A DNA stretch of 64,000 bases from an uncultured virus (IMG/VR IMGVR_UViG_2923146907_000004) (taxonomy: Duplodnaviria > Heunggongvirae > Uroviricota > Caudoviricetes), in IMG/VR virus record IMGVR_UViG_2923146907_000004; one strand, 5' to 3'. The notes beneath the pieces were generated by a model. It worked only from the letters and a program-made list of their open reading frames with translations. It did no database searches and had not been told where the DNA came from. Made by a program: the position numbers and the translations under genes. Positions 18,736 through 27,216 of this stretch are shown one piece after another (the stretch's first letter is position 1; every line of letters starts with the position of its first letter).

Positions 18736-18884
18736 GGTGTTGCTCGCTTGACGGCTGCCGGCGCCGTGGCTGGTTGTTCCGCGGTAATCAGTCCGCCCCA
18801 GATCGGGCCTAGGGCGAGAATGAGCAGGAAGAGGAGGCCGCCAATCAGGCCGCCCACCCAGATGGCTTTGCGTTTCGCGTTCAT
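18732..18884 (-). CDS. Small membrane protein
   Basis: MNAKRKAIWVGGLIGGLLFLLILALG; ATGA coupling. Confidence 0.65.
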   Translation of the reverse strand: MNAKRKAIWVGGLIGGLLFLLILALGPIWGGLITAEQPATAPAAVKRATP

Positions 18885-19000
18885 GTCGGGAGCATCCTGT
18901 AGATCAGCCAGCCGTAGAACGGAGCCACCAGGGCCAGCACGCCGATGGCCGACGCAACTTCGGTGAGCGCCCGGCGGGCGCCAGTCGCATTTGGCTTCAT
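18881..19000 (-). CDS. Small membrane protein, 39 aa (not in ORF track)
   Basis: Hand translation MKPNATGARRALTEVASAIGVLALVAPFYGWLIYRMLPT; ATGA overlaps at both ends. Confidence 0.6.
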   Translation of the reverse strand: MKPNATGARRALTEVASAIGVLALVAPFYGWLIYRMLPT

Positions 19001-19368
19001 GCGGAGGCCCCTCCCTTGGCTTTGTCGATTGCGCTTCGGGCCGCCTCGATCGCCGCAGTTGTGATCGCGTTGCGATGCTGCGGCAGATAGCCGACCAGCG
19101 CGCAGTAGGCCTGCTCCAGGGCGATGAGTAATTCGGGGCCGTAGCTTTCAACGCGCCGCCGTGCTGCGCGTTCCGCCCGCTTGCGGTTGTCGCGCTCGAT
19201 TGCAGACTGCGCTTCCTGTTCGGTGGCGTAGAACCTGTACCAGTCAGCGCGCTTCGCGATGCGCGTGCCGTCGGCTCGAACGTAGTAGGCCTTCGTTTCC
19301 CGAACGAACTCACAGCGGCTAGCTGTGTCTCGGCCGGCCCGGACTTGAAAGCGGGTGATTGGATTCAT
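18997..19368 (-). CDS. Phage hypothetical protein
   Basis: ATGA-coupled; start MNPITRF. Confidence 0.7.
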   Translation of the reverse strand: MNPITRFQVRAGRDTASRCEFVRETKAYYVRADGTRIAKRADWYRFYATEQEAQSAIERDNRKRAERAARRRVESYGPELLIALEQAYCALVGYLPQHRNAITTAAIEAARSAIDKAKGGASA

Positions 19369-19586
19369 ACCCGAGTGCTCCTGAGTTCTGCCCAGCGCGA
19401 ATCCGCTGCGGCGTCGAGCCGGCGGCGCATGTCGTCGTATTGCCGGGTGCCGATGGCGTCCAGCGTGTAGGCCATCTCGATCTGGCCGCGCCATACCAAC
19501 TGGTCGTGGCGCGGGATCACCGACCGACGCATTGCGACGATCGCTTCCTCGATCACGCCCTCGGCGCGCTCATTCGTCCAAGCCAT
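19365..19586 (-). CDS. Phage hypothetical protein
   Basis: MAWTNERAEGV with GGAGG RBS. Confidence 0.7.
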   Translation of the reverse strand: MAWTNERAEGVIEEAIVAMRRSVIPRHDQLVWRGQIEMAYTLDAIGTRQYDDMRRRLDAAADSRWAELRSTRV

Positions 19587-19716
19587 CGCCGTCCTCCTGC
19601 TCTTCGTCTTCTGGCTCCGGTTCCGGCTGGTCCCAGAGCGGGTCTCTGGCGAAGTCCCAGGCTTGCTGGGCACTGCTGAAAGCCGCTCGGTTGCGGCGCT
19701 CGCGGTATGTCCACAT
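19570..19716 (-). CDS. Small protein with acidic tail, 48 aa (not in ORF track)
   Basis: MWTYRERRNRAAFSSAQQAWDFARDPLWDQPEPEPEDEEQEDGDGLDE; GGAG RBS. Confidence 0.6.
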   Translation of the reverse strand: MWTYRERRNRAAFSSAQQAWDFARDPLWDQPEPEPEDEEQEDGDGLDE

Positions 19717-19799
19717 CGGGATGCTCTCCGTGGTTCACCTGCATTCGGCAGCACCCGGGCACGACTGCCGTGTGCCTGGGTGCTCTCGAATGGAGGTTG

Positions 19800-19823
19800 A
19801 AAAAAGCCCGGCCGGAGCCGGGC
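19800..19823 (-). terminator. Intrinsic terminator downstream of csrA fusion
   Basis: Minus strand GCCCGGC-tccg-GCCGGGC then TTTTTT. Confidence 0.8.
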
Positions 19824-19843
19824 AAGGGGGGGATGAAACGGGC

Positions 19844-20215
19844 TCAGGAAACAGCAGTGCAGTTGCGCAGCAGCACCGGCGTGGCCTGACCTTCTAGCCA
19901 GATCACCGCCATGCCGGAGGCGGAAACTTTGGCTTGAGTGAGCGTTCTGGTGCGGATGGGGATGGAGTCGCGGAGCGGACGGTACTCAACGGCCACCTGG
20001 GCCGGGTGCGTGCGATTCCACTCTTCAACCAGGTCTTTGGGTGAGGCGGGCCGGACGGCGCCAACCCGGGCGTAGATCTCGGCGCGATGAATGGCCATCG
20101 CTTCCGGAGCAACGATTCCGAGGCGGATCTGGCCGCCTCTGTTCTCGACGACGGTCACGGTGATGTCGTCGCCAATGTGCAGGGTTTCGCCGACTCGGCG
20201 AGTGAGGATCAGCAT
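19844..20215 (-). CDS. csrA: CsrA/RsmA-family RNA-binding protein with C-terminal extra domain
   Basis: [30 protein letters not shown]...IHRAEIY. Confidence 0.9.
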   Translation of the reverse strand: MLILTRRVGETLHIGDDITVTVVENRGGQIRLGIVAPEAMAIHRAEIYARVGAVRPASPKDLVEEWNRTHPAQVAVEYRPLRDSIPIRTRTLTQAKVSASGMAVIWLEGQATPVLLRNCTAVS

Positions 20216-20249
20216 GTGTGCCTCCGTTCAGGATGCTGGGCGCGCGGGC

Positions 20250-20462
20250 TCAGGCCGGCTCGCAGTGGGAAAGGGCAACGCAACCAGACACGCCGGCGAG
20301 CCAGACGACAGCGGTGTGGCCGCCGAGGACTTGGGCTTCAGTAGTGGTACGGGTGCGCTTCGGCGTGGCGTGGCGATGAGACCGGTAGTTGACCTCGGTG
20401 CCGGCGGGGTATGCGGAATTCCAGGCAGCAACCGTCGCCGCCGGGTTGGCGTTCTTCTTCAT
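20250..20462 (-). CDS. Small protein paralogous to the C-terminal domain of the CsrA fusion
   Basis: WN..P...V.YR......RTRT.T.A.V.....AV.WL.G....V.L..C pattern shared; AGGAG RBS. Confidence 0.7.
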   Translation of the reverse strand: MKKNANPAATVAAWNSAYPAGTEVNYRSHRHATPKRTRTTTEAQVLGGHTAVVWLAGVSGCVALSHCEPA

Positions 20463-20538
20463 GGCAATGGATCTCCTATGGCCTATTGCCGCACTCCACT
20501 GATAGATTCGGAAGAGTCCTGGGAATGGAGGCCTATCT

Positions 20539-21135
20539 ATGGATGAAAAGAATCTGGAAGTGCTTCGCCGACTAAAGGAGGTGATGGAGCGAGAGAAGCC
20601 TGTAGAGCAGCCCAAGAAACCGCATGTACCTGGGCAAGGCTTTAGCGAAGAGTCGGAGGAGATATTCAGAGAGCTGGCTCGGCACAAGCTTTCCAGGCCA
20701 ACTAACCAGAAGACCGCTGCGGCAAAACCTCCGAAGACTTCCGTACCTACTCAGCCGCCAGCGGTGAAAAAGATTTGTGCTGAATGTAAATCGGAGTATC
20801 CGACCGCTTCAGACAGGCCACCAAAGCGCGGTTGGCTATGTCATAACTGCCGTAACGCCAGACGCGAGAAGCGTCGGCAAAAGGTCGAAGAGAAGCGTGC
20901 TGCGCAGTACCTAGCCGCTAAAGGCTCAAAAATCGAACAGTTGGAGAGAAAAATCGCTGCAGTGAATACTCAGCTAGAACAGGCGCCGCTCGAGAGACAG
21001 CGCGGCCTGTTCCACCAACTAAAACAGCTAGAGCGCCAGCTCAGGCTCGAGCGGGTACACAAACTATCTCGCTTCAACAACATCCGCTATCACATCGTTT
21101 CTGGAAGCTACGGCTCTGGGAAACGAAGCAAGTAA
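20539..21135 (+). CDS. Basic zinc-ribbon/coiled-coil accessory protein (moron)
   Basis: GGAGG RBS; CAEC..CHNC; lower GC; antisense to the early operon. Confidence 0.75.
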   Translation: MDEKNLEVLRRLKEVMEREKPVEQPKKPHVPGQGFSEESEEIFRELARHKLSRPTNQKTAAAKPPKTSVPTQPPAVKKICAECKSEYPTASDRPPKRGWLCHNCRNARREKRRQKVEEKRAAQYLAAKGSKIEQLERKIAAVNTQLEQAPLERQRGLFHQLKQLERQLRLERVHKLSRFNNIRYHIVSGSYGSGKRSK

Positions 21136-21363
21136 TCAGTCCGCTGTTACACGCCACCTGCGGATGGGCGATTGTTTTCTCGGGGGACCTGAGGTCCCGA
21201 CAGCCAGTCGCGGCTCGTCACCCACTGGCTCTCCCTTGATCTAGGGCCATCTACGCTGCTGGCCACGGGGCGAGGCTCCCCCTGAACCCGTTCTGCTTTT
21301 CGGCAAGGCCTTGGCTCGCTGTGGCCTGTTCTGTCGTCACGATGTTCTGTGTCGATGAGATAA

Positions 21364-21406
21364 AAATTACCAGTGGCATTTAAGTAATGTCAATGCTGAT
21401 GGTAAT
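21364..21406 (-). promoter_or_regulatory. pL promoter with two CI operators (oL)
   Basis: Minus strand TTGACA-18 bp-TAATTT; operators at 21366-21380 and 21392-21406 match the oR sites. Confidence 0.75.
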
Positions 21407-21435
21407 AAAATTTTCCAACGCTCATCAGGCACAGG

Positions 21436-21476
21436 TTGAATGGGTGAGGTGGTGGGTATACTGTATTTATATACAG
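21436..21476 (+). promoter_or_regulatory. SOS promoter with LexA box
   Basis: TTGAAT-17 bp-TACTGT overlapping CTGTATTTATATACAG (CTG-N10-CAG) at 21461-21476. Confidence 0.85.
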
Positions 21477-21492
21477 CTAACGGGAGGTGCTT

Positions 21493-21762
21493 ATGGCTAA
21501 GCAACAGAAGAAGCAGCAGGTGGTGAAACCGCTGACGGCAGCCGAACGGCTGGGCCTGCGCGTTTCAGAGATGATCAATTCACCGAAGGCTCAGGATCTG
21601 AGGATGGTGACAATTCACCGGCTGGACACGGATTCCGATGAAGCCTGGGAGGGAGTGATGGGAGTACTTGCCGAGACGGACGGTCTTGAGCTGATCTTTA
21701 ACGATGACGGTACCGTCACTCTTAAGTGGGAGAAGCAGGAGAGGGAGGAGGAGGCCTGGTAG
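21493..21762 (+). CDS. DUF1654-like phage protein, SOS-controlled
   Basis: ERLGLRVSEMINSPKAQ..W..V...L.ETDG...DDGTV.L.W; GGAGG RBS. Confidence 0.8.
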   Translation: MAKQQKKQQVVKPLTAAERLGLRVSEMINSPKAQDLRMVTIHRLDTDSDEAWEGVMGVLAETDGLELIFNDDGTVTLKWEKQEREEEAW

Positions 21763-21772
21763 GCTGGATACG

Positions 21773-21800
21773 AAAAGCCCCGCGTGGGGCGGGGCTTGTT
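21773..21800. terminator. Bidirectional terminator between convergent genes
   Basis: AAAAGCCCCGC..GCGGGGCTTGTT. Confidence 0.7.
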
Positions 21801-21814
21801 AAGCAAGGCGCGTA

Positions 21815-22600
21815 TCAGTGCTTCCTACGTCTGAGTACCGACCACCAGAATACCCAGCCCATGATGCTGAGGTTGTTCTCGCGCATCTGGTCCTTGGTGT
21901 ACTCCTCGTCTGGGTATTCGTCACGGTTAAAACTGCGTAGGCGGATGCCACCACCAGGCAATCGGTAGACGAACTTCACCCGTAGCATGTCATCGTGTTT
22001 CAACGCATAAATCTCGCCATCGATTATCGTATGGGCGGATAGGTCAACCCCGATGATGGCGCCATCGGCAATCAGAGGCTCCATGCTGTTGCCACTGACA
22101 TTCACGCAGACCGAATGTTTTGGATCCACCCCCGACTCGCGCAGACCAGCCTTCGCGAACCTGATTTTTTGCTTGGCCTGCTCACGGTCGGGATAGCGAC
22201 CGTCCCCCGCGGCGATTTGGATCTCGTCGAAGTACGGTATTTCAACCTCATCCGGGTCGAGCGGGTCCCCCACCTCGAAACTGGACATGGGCGTAAGTTC
22301 GCCCTCTGTCTCCGCTTTAGGCGCCGGCCGGAGAGTCTTCGCCATATCCGTTATTTCGTCCGCTAGGCGCGGACTGAACTCCCGAACATGAACCTGGAGA
22401 ATTTCTGCGAATGCCGCCGCTGCCTGGGCGTTCAAAGGGTTCACGCCATTCAGGTAGTGGCTAACGGAGCTTTGGTTGATCCCAAGGAGGTGGGCGAGCT
22501 TCTCCTGCGTTAGACCGAGGTCACGCTTTCTGCTGTTGAAGATGGCCTTCAGTTGAAGGCACTCGTCTTTTCTGTCTGGTGGAAGAGGTTTTTTGCTCAT
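21815..22600 (-). CDS. cI: CI-like repressor (HTH plus S24 autopeptidase)
   Basis: LTQEKLA..GINQSSVSHYLNG HTH; AAG cleavage region; GNSMEP and VK catalytic motifs. Confidence 0.93.
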   Translation of the reverse strand: MSKKPLPPDRKDECLQLKAIFNSRKRDLGLTQEKLAHLLGINQSSVSHYLNGVNPLNAQAAAAFAEILQVHVREFSPRLADEITDMAKTLRPAPKAETEGELTPMSSFEVGDPLDPDEVEIPYFDEIQIAAGDGRYPDREQAKQKIRFAKAGLRESGVDPKHSVCVNVSGNSMEPLIADGAIIGVDLSAHTIIDGEIYALKHDDMLRVKFVYRLPGGGIRLRSFNRDEYPDEEYTKDQMRENNLSIMGWVFWWSVLRRRKH

Positions 22601-22611
22601 CTTCGAATCGT

Positions 22612-22677
22612 ATTCCCACAGGTAATATTTCAGCAAATGCCTATAGCATTGAAATGTTTAAATGCCACAGGTAATAT
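22612..22677. promoter_or_regulatory. oR: three operators and pR promoter
   Basis: ATTCCCACAGGTAAT at 22612, AATGCCTATAGCATT at 22636, AATGCCACAGGTAAT at 22661; TTGAAA-17 bp-TAATAT. Confidence 0.8.
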
Positions 22678-22708
22678 TCTGGTGTGAGGAACACTTTGGA
22701 GAGCGGTC

Positions 22709-22909
22709 ATGAACCGAGTACACATCAAGACATTTGCCTCCGAGCACGGGCAGTCCAGGGCTGCGGCGCTACTCGGCATCACTCAAGGGGCACTCAGCAA
22801 GGCTTTGCGTGTTGGTCGTGACATCTACGTCACCGCGCATGCTGATGGGACTTTCACTGCCGAGGAGGTGCGCACCTTTCCGGCCCAGAAGGTGCGCTTC
22901 GTTTCTTGA
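22709..22909 (+). CDS. cro: Cro-like repressor
   Basis: GQSRAAALLGITQGALSKA..GRDIYV....AEEVR.FP, lambda Cro-like. Confidence 0.9.
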   Translation: MNRVHIKTFASEHGQSRAAALLGITQGALSKALRVGRDIYVTAHADGTFTAEEVRTFPAQKVRFVS

Positions 22910-23010
22910 CATGGACTGGTTCGTAGCAGGCGTGACTGCTGCAAGTAGATGCGTCAGCCAGCGCTTGGCGCAGGAGAACCAGGGCCTATGGGAACCGAGA
23001 ACAGGGCTGA

Positions 23011-24027
23011 ATGCAGTTCACCGTGACGATCAATCAAGCGAAAGCGCTCGAGTGGGGGCTGAACTCGCAGCAGGCGCTGCTGTTCGCCTTCGTCTACGAG
23101 TGCCCGAGTTGGGCGCGCCTGGTTCAGACGCCCGCAGGTGATTTCTACGCCCTGAGCAAAGCGAAGATCCTCGAGGAGTTGCCGCTGCTGACGGACAAGC
23201 CGGACACGGCGTACCGCTTGCTGAAGCAGATCGCTGCGGCCGGTGTGATCGATCTGTCGAGCACAGCAACCATCACACTCGTGCGGCTCACTGCGAAGGG
23301 GCAGGAGTGGAATCGGAAACTGGACGGGTCGGAAAAATATCCGACCCAGGTCGGAGAAAAATCCGAGGTCGGAAATTCTTCCGAGGTCGGAGAAAAATCC
23401 GATGCAGGCAGTTCGGAAAAATCTCCGACCAAGATCGGAAAAAAATCCGGGGTAGGTCGGAAAAAAATCCGTTCAGGGTCGGAAAAATCTCCGACAAATC
23501 AGGTAACCAGTAATCAGGTAACCAGTAATCAGGGTACCAATCAGGATATTGCCGGGGAGGCTGCGCCGGCCCCGGGCGGGGAATTCGTCGGCGCCGAGCA
23601 AGAGCCCGGGCCGCGCTGCCAGATACCGGCCGACATGCCAGGCCCGAAAGACCCGAACTGCAAGGCGTACCGCACATGGGCCAACTACGCCATGGCCTAT
23701 CGCACTCGATACACCGCTTGGCCGGTTTGGAACGCGTCGGTTGCCGGCAAGCTTTCGAAGCTGATCGATCGTGTGGGCCAGGCCGACGCGCCAAAGGTGG
23801 CCGCGTTCTACGTCAAGTGCATCCACGATGCTCGACTGATTGCTCAGCACCATCCCCTCGGCCTGTTGCTGGCGAACGCTGAGGGCTACCACACGATGTG
23901 GTTGACCAATCGCCCGACCACCGGAACGCAGGCACGCCAGCAGGAGAACACCGCATCGAACTTGTCCGCCGCTGAGCAGGCCCTGGCCGAGCAGAGAGCG
24001 AGGAGGGCTGCCCATGCTGACGCCTGA
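23011..24027 (+). CDS. Phage replication initiator (O-like)
   Basis: N-terminal winged helix, internal iterons, position after cro. Confidence 0.85.
   Translation: MQFTVTINQAKALEWGLNSQQALLFAFVYECPSWARLVQTPAGDFYALSKAKILEELPLLTDKPDTAYRLLKQIAAAGVIDLSSTATITLVRLTAKGQEWNRKLDGSEKYPTQVGEKSEVGNSSEVGEKSDAGSSEKSPTKIGKKSGVGRKKIRSGSEKSPTNQVTSNQVTSNQGTNQDIAGEAAPAPGGEFVGAEQEPGPRCQIPADMPGPKDPNCKAYRTWANYAMAYRTRYTAWPVWNASVAGKLSKLIDRVGQADAPKVAAFYVKCIHDARLIAQHHPLGLLLANAEGYHTMWLTNRPTTGTQARQQENTASNLSAAEQALAEQRARRAAHADA
23329..23545. repeat. Replication origin: eight 16-bp iterons plus 15-bp tandem repeats
   Basis: TCGGA-N6-TCCG(A) at 23329, 23351, 23369, 23387, 23413, 23435, 23457, 23479; AATCAGGTAACCAGT repeats from 23497. 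Confidence 0.85.
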
Positions 24028-24871
24028 GCAACAAGACGAACTGCTGCTTTCCCTTTTCGGCACCGCCGAGGCAATGGGTCAGCAACTCACGCCGGCCGCT
24101 GCCCAACTCATGGTTCAAGACCTGGCAGCCTACGAAGAGCCAGTGCTGACCGCCGCATTGCAGGCCGTTCGCCGGGAGGGCGGACGATTCACTGTTGCCG
24201 CTGTACTCCGGCATGTCGAGTCCGCCGACGGTCGGCCCGAGCCGAACGAGGCCTGGGCGATCGCCCTACAGAGCTTCGACGAGGCTGAAACGGTGCTTAT
24301 GACGCCGGAAATCCAGCAGGCGGCTGTGGTAGCCGCACCGCTTATGAAGGGGCGTGGTGACCGGGTGGGCGCGCGCATGGCGTTCATTGCCGCCTACGAG
24401 CGCCTGCTCACTCGTGCCAGGCAGCAGGCGCTGCCCGCCAGGTGGTCGCTGTCGTTGGGCAGCGATGCGGGCCGCCGAGCTGCTGCGATCGAGGAAGCGG
24501 AACGCCTGGGGCGTCTGCTGGCGCCGGCAGCGCAGTTGCTGCTCGAACAGCACGTACTCGAACCGGTTTCGCCGGCCGGCAGCGCAATCGCCGGGCTGCT
24601 GACTGGACCCTCCGACCGGCTGCTGGCACTGACGAATGACCCACTGACCCGCGAAGCCCTTGCGAGGGAGGCTGCTGGTGGGGGGGATGTGCCAGACGAC
24701 TTTCGCCGGCGGCTTGAAGACATCAAGAAGCGCTTGGTCCGCAGGGAAAAGGCGAAGGTCCGACTGCGTGATCGCCACCTGCGCCACGAGCGCGAAGACA
24801 TGGACCGTCGGCGCGCCGCGGTTCTTCAAACCATCGATCAGCTACAGAGCCAGGAGGTTCAACATGGCTGA
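24014..24871 (+). CDS. Probable replication accessory / helicase-loader protein
   Basis: Overlaps initiator; DGRP..NEAW and ARMAF..AY motifs. Confidence 0.65.
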   Translation: MLTPEQQDELLLSLFGTAEAMGQQLTPAAAQLMVQDLAAYEEPVLTAALQAVRREGGRFTVAAVLRHVESADGRPEPNEAWAIALQSFDEAETVLMTPEIQQAAVVAAPLMKGRGDRVGARMAFIAAYERLLTRARQQALPARWSLSLGSDAGRRAAAIEEAERLGRLLAPAAQLLLEQHVLEPVSPAGSAIAGLLTGPSDRLLALTNDPLTREALAREAAGGGDVPDDFRRRLEDIKKRLVRREKAKVRLRDRHLRHEREDMDRRRAAVLQTIDQLQSQEVQHG

Positions 24872-25415
24872 AGCACTATCAACCCAGGCGCCGGCCAAGA
24901 GCGCGGCGGCGAAGAGGAAGCGCGCCGGGCGGCCGATCTACCTGGAGTTCAAGCGCATGGTCGACCCGGACACCGGCGAGGTTCGCCTGGCCCTGGTCGC
25001 CGACAGCGGCATCGACAAGTTCCTGCTGAAGGAGCGCGGGTATAAGGCTGGCGCAAAAGTGCGCGCGGAGCTGAAGCAGCCGCGGGACGTTCGCAAGCAC
25101 CGCCTGGTCCACCGCCTGGGCCAGTTAGTCGCGCGCAATGTGGATGGGTTCCAGGGGATGGATGCGCACTCGGTGATCAAGAAGCTACAGGGAGACGCCG
25201 GGGTCTGCTGTAGCTCGGAGTATTTCGACCTGGGCGGGCTGGGGCGCGTGTCGCGCCTGGTGCCGGAGTCGTTGGCGTTCGACGAAATGCCCGAGGAGCG
25301 GTTCCTTGAGTTCTGGCGAGGCATCTGCCAGCACCTGATCGAGCACTACTGGACGGGCATGAGCGAAGAGCAGATCGGCGACATGATCAACATGATGCCC
25401 GAGGAGATGGTGTGA
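24864..25415 (+). CDS. Nin-region protein (DUF1367-like)
   Basis: R....HR and P.SLAFDEM....F..F motifs; GGAGG RBS. Confidence 0.65.
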   Translation: MAEALSTQAPAKSAAAKRKRAGRPIYLEFKRMVDPDTGEVRLALVADSGIDKFLLKERGYKAGAKVRAELKQPRDVRKHRLVHRLGQLVARNVDGFQGMDAHSVIKKLQGDAGVCCSSEYFDLGGLGRVSRLVPESLAFDEMPEERFLEFWRGICQHLIEHYWTGMSEEQIGDMINMMPEEMV

Positions 25416-26029
25416 TGCTGGTCGCCGCGAAGAAGCCTCGCAAGAAGACGTGCAAGGCGTGCCGGGAGGTATTCACTCCAGAGCGATCACTACAGTCAGT
25501 GTGCAGTCCGAAGTGCGGATTGGCGTTGGCGGCTGCCAAGCGAGAGAGAGAGCGGAAGTCTCTGGCGAAGATAGAGCGCCGCGAGATCCGTGCGGCCAAG
25601 GAACGCTTCAAGACCCGTTCGGACCATATGCGTGAGGCGCAGGCCGCTTTCAACGAGTGGATTCGCCTACGCGACGCCGACAAGCCATGTATCAGCTGCG
25701 ATTCCACGGCCTGTGACACAGGGCTGATCACCGGCAGTCGCTGGGATGCAGGGCATTACCGCTCCGTCGGTGCTTGTCAGGCTCTGCGCTTCGAGCCGCT
25801 GAACGTGCATCGGCAGTGCGTGCGCTGCAACAGGGACATGTCCGGCAACGCGGTGGAGTACCGCATTCGCTTGGTCCAGCGCATCGGCGCCGAGAAAGTC
25901 GAATGGCTAGAGGGGCCGCACGAGCCCCGGCGGTTTCCTATCGATGAACTGAAGGAGATCAAGGCCAAGTATCGAGCGCTGTCTCGGGAGCTGAAGCGCA
26001 AGATGGGGAGGGGAGTAGGGCATGGCTGA
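25412..26029 (+). CDS. ninG: NinG/Rap recombination nuclease
   Basis: IRLRD..PCISC, WDAGHYRSVG, N.H.QC..CN. Confidence 0.9.
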   Translation: MMLVAAKKPRKKTCKACREVFTPERSLQSVCSPKCGLALAAAKRERERKSLAKIERREIRAAKERFKTRSDHMREAQAAFNEWIRLRDADKPCISCDSTACDTGLITGSRWDAGHYRSVGACQALRFEPLNVHRQCVRCNRDMSGNAVEYRIRLVQRIGAEKVEWLEGPHEPRRFPIDELKEIKAKYRALSRELKRKMGRGVGHG

Positions 26030-26111
26030 CCCTCGGTTCAAGGAGTGGCTGCAGGAGCAGTGGCGCATTCTGCGTCAACACGGGCTCATCGCTGAAAGGG
26101 GGAGCAGATGA
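26022..26111 (+). CDS. Small protein, 29 aa (not in ORF track)
   Basis: MADPRFKEWLQEQWRILRQHGLIAERGSR; overlaps both neighbours. Confidence 0.45.
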   Translation: MADPRFKEWLQEQWRILRQHGLIAERGSR

Positions 26112-26599
26112 AGAAGTCATCGACCCAGGTTGTACTCGACGCAGTTCGGGAACTGCACAGCCAGCAGCAGATCGTCACTCGCCAGACCCTGGTCGAACTC
26201 ACGGGGTTGAAGCCCGGCGTTGTCGATGACCGCCTGTCCGTCCTGGTGGACGACTTGCTGGTGCTGCGCGTCGAGCGCGGAGTGTTCGTACCGGCACCGC
26301 AGTTCGATCCGCCCAGGCCGATCACTATCACGCAGATACCAGGTGGCTGGGCGAAGGTCGAGATCAGCGATGATCACGTCATCACGCTTACGCCAGCGGA
26401 GAAGCGGATGCTCGGTGAACTTCTGGCAGGTGCTGCTCAGCAGTTCGCAGCGATCGATATCGGGCATTCGAACCAGATACTGGCTGCGGAACTGGCGATC
26501 AAGATACGGAAGCTGGAAAGGGAAGTGGCAGCATTACGCGCAGACAGGACCGATGGCGACGAAGCCCAGCTTTCCCTGTCGATGGACCACATCGCCTGA
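26108..26599 (+). CDS. Winged-helix protein; candidate late-gene activator
   Basis: TRQTLVELTGLKPGVVDDRL..L..D..V.RVERGVF wHTH; occupies the Q position. Confidence 0.7.
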   Translation: MKKSSTQVVLDAVRELHSQQQIVTRQTLVELTGLKPGVVDDRLSVLVDDLLVLRVERGVFVPAPQFDPPRPITITQIPGGWAKVEISDDHVITLTPAEKRMLGELLAGAAQQFAAIDIGHSNQILAAELAIKIRKLEREVAALRADRTDGDEAQLSLSMDHIA

Positions 26600-26600
26600 T

Positions 26601-26641
26601 CCCCCTGTAAGGTTCGACCCATCCCCTCTGGCCCGGACAAT
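26601..26641 (+). promoter_or_regulatory. Putative late promoter 1 (terminase)
   Basis: CCCCCTGTAAGG-TTCGAC-17 bp-GACAAT. Confidence 0.7.
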
Positions 26642-26649
26642 TCCGGGTC

Positions 26650-27216
26650 ATGACTCAGAAGCCCAGTACCAAACCGAAGAAGGCCCCGGTAGCGAAGAAG
26701 CGCGCTACTGGGGCTTCCGCACGTCCCCCAGCCAAGACCGCAGCGAAACGGCCACCGGGTCGCCCGAGCAGGTATACGCCCACTGTCGGCCTGGCTGTCT
26801 GTACCGCGCTTGCCGAGGGCATGAGCCTGCGGAAGGTATGCCAGTTACCGGGTATGCCAGCGATGTCCACGTTCCTCCGGTGGCTGGCCGACGAGCAGCA
26901 TGCGGATTTGCGAGAGCAGTACGCGCGCGCGCGCGAGGCACAGGCCGACACGCTCGCCGAGGAGATCCTGCAGATCGCTGACGACGGCTCGAACGACACA
27001 TACACGGACGATGAAGGCCGCACGCATGTCGACTACGACCATATCTCCAGGTCGAAGCTGCGCGTAGATGCTCGAAAGTGGTTGGCGTCGAAGATGGCGC
27101 CCAAGAAGTATGGCGACCGCATCACCAACGAGCACACTGGCGCGAATGGTGGCGCCATAGAGGTCAAGAGCACAGTCACCTTCGTGCAGCCCAAGCCACG
27201 AGGTGACGACGAGTGA
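26650..27216 (+). CDS. terS: Terminase small subunit (Sf6-like)
   Basis: GRPSRY, GMSLRKVC, QYARARE..AD, RVDARKW..SK..PKKYG. Confidence 0.9.
   Translation: MTQKPSTKPKKAPVAKKRATGASARPPAKTAAKRPPGRPSRYTPTVGLAVCTALAEGMSLRKVCQLPGMPAMSTFLRWLADEQHADLREQYARAREAQADTLAEEILQIADDGSNDTYTDDEGRTHVDYDHISRSKLRVDARKWLASKMAPKKYGDRITNEHTGANGGAIEVKSTVTFVQPKPRGDDE

Noticed and set aside
23329..23545. CRISPR-like repeat array
   Set aside because: Spacers of only 2-10 bp, located inside a coding replication gene, and no cas genes; these are iterons
26049..26061. CTGC-AGGA-GCAG mini-hairpin similar to the virion-gene AGGA hairpins
   Set aside because: Short stem, does not match the 13-nt motif, and is not at an RBS; may be chance
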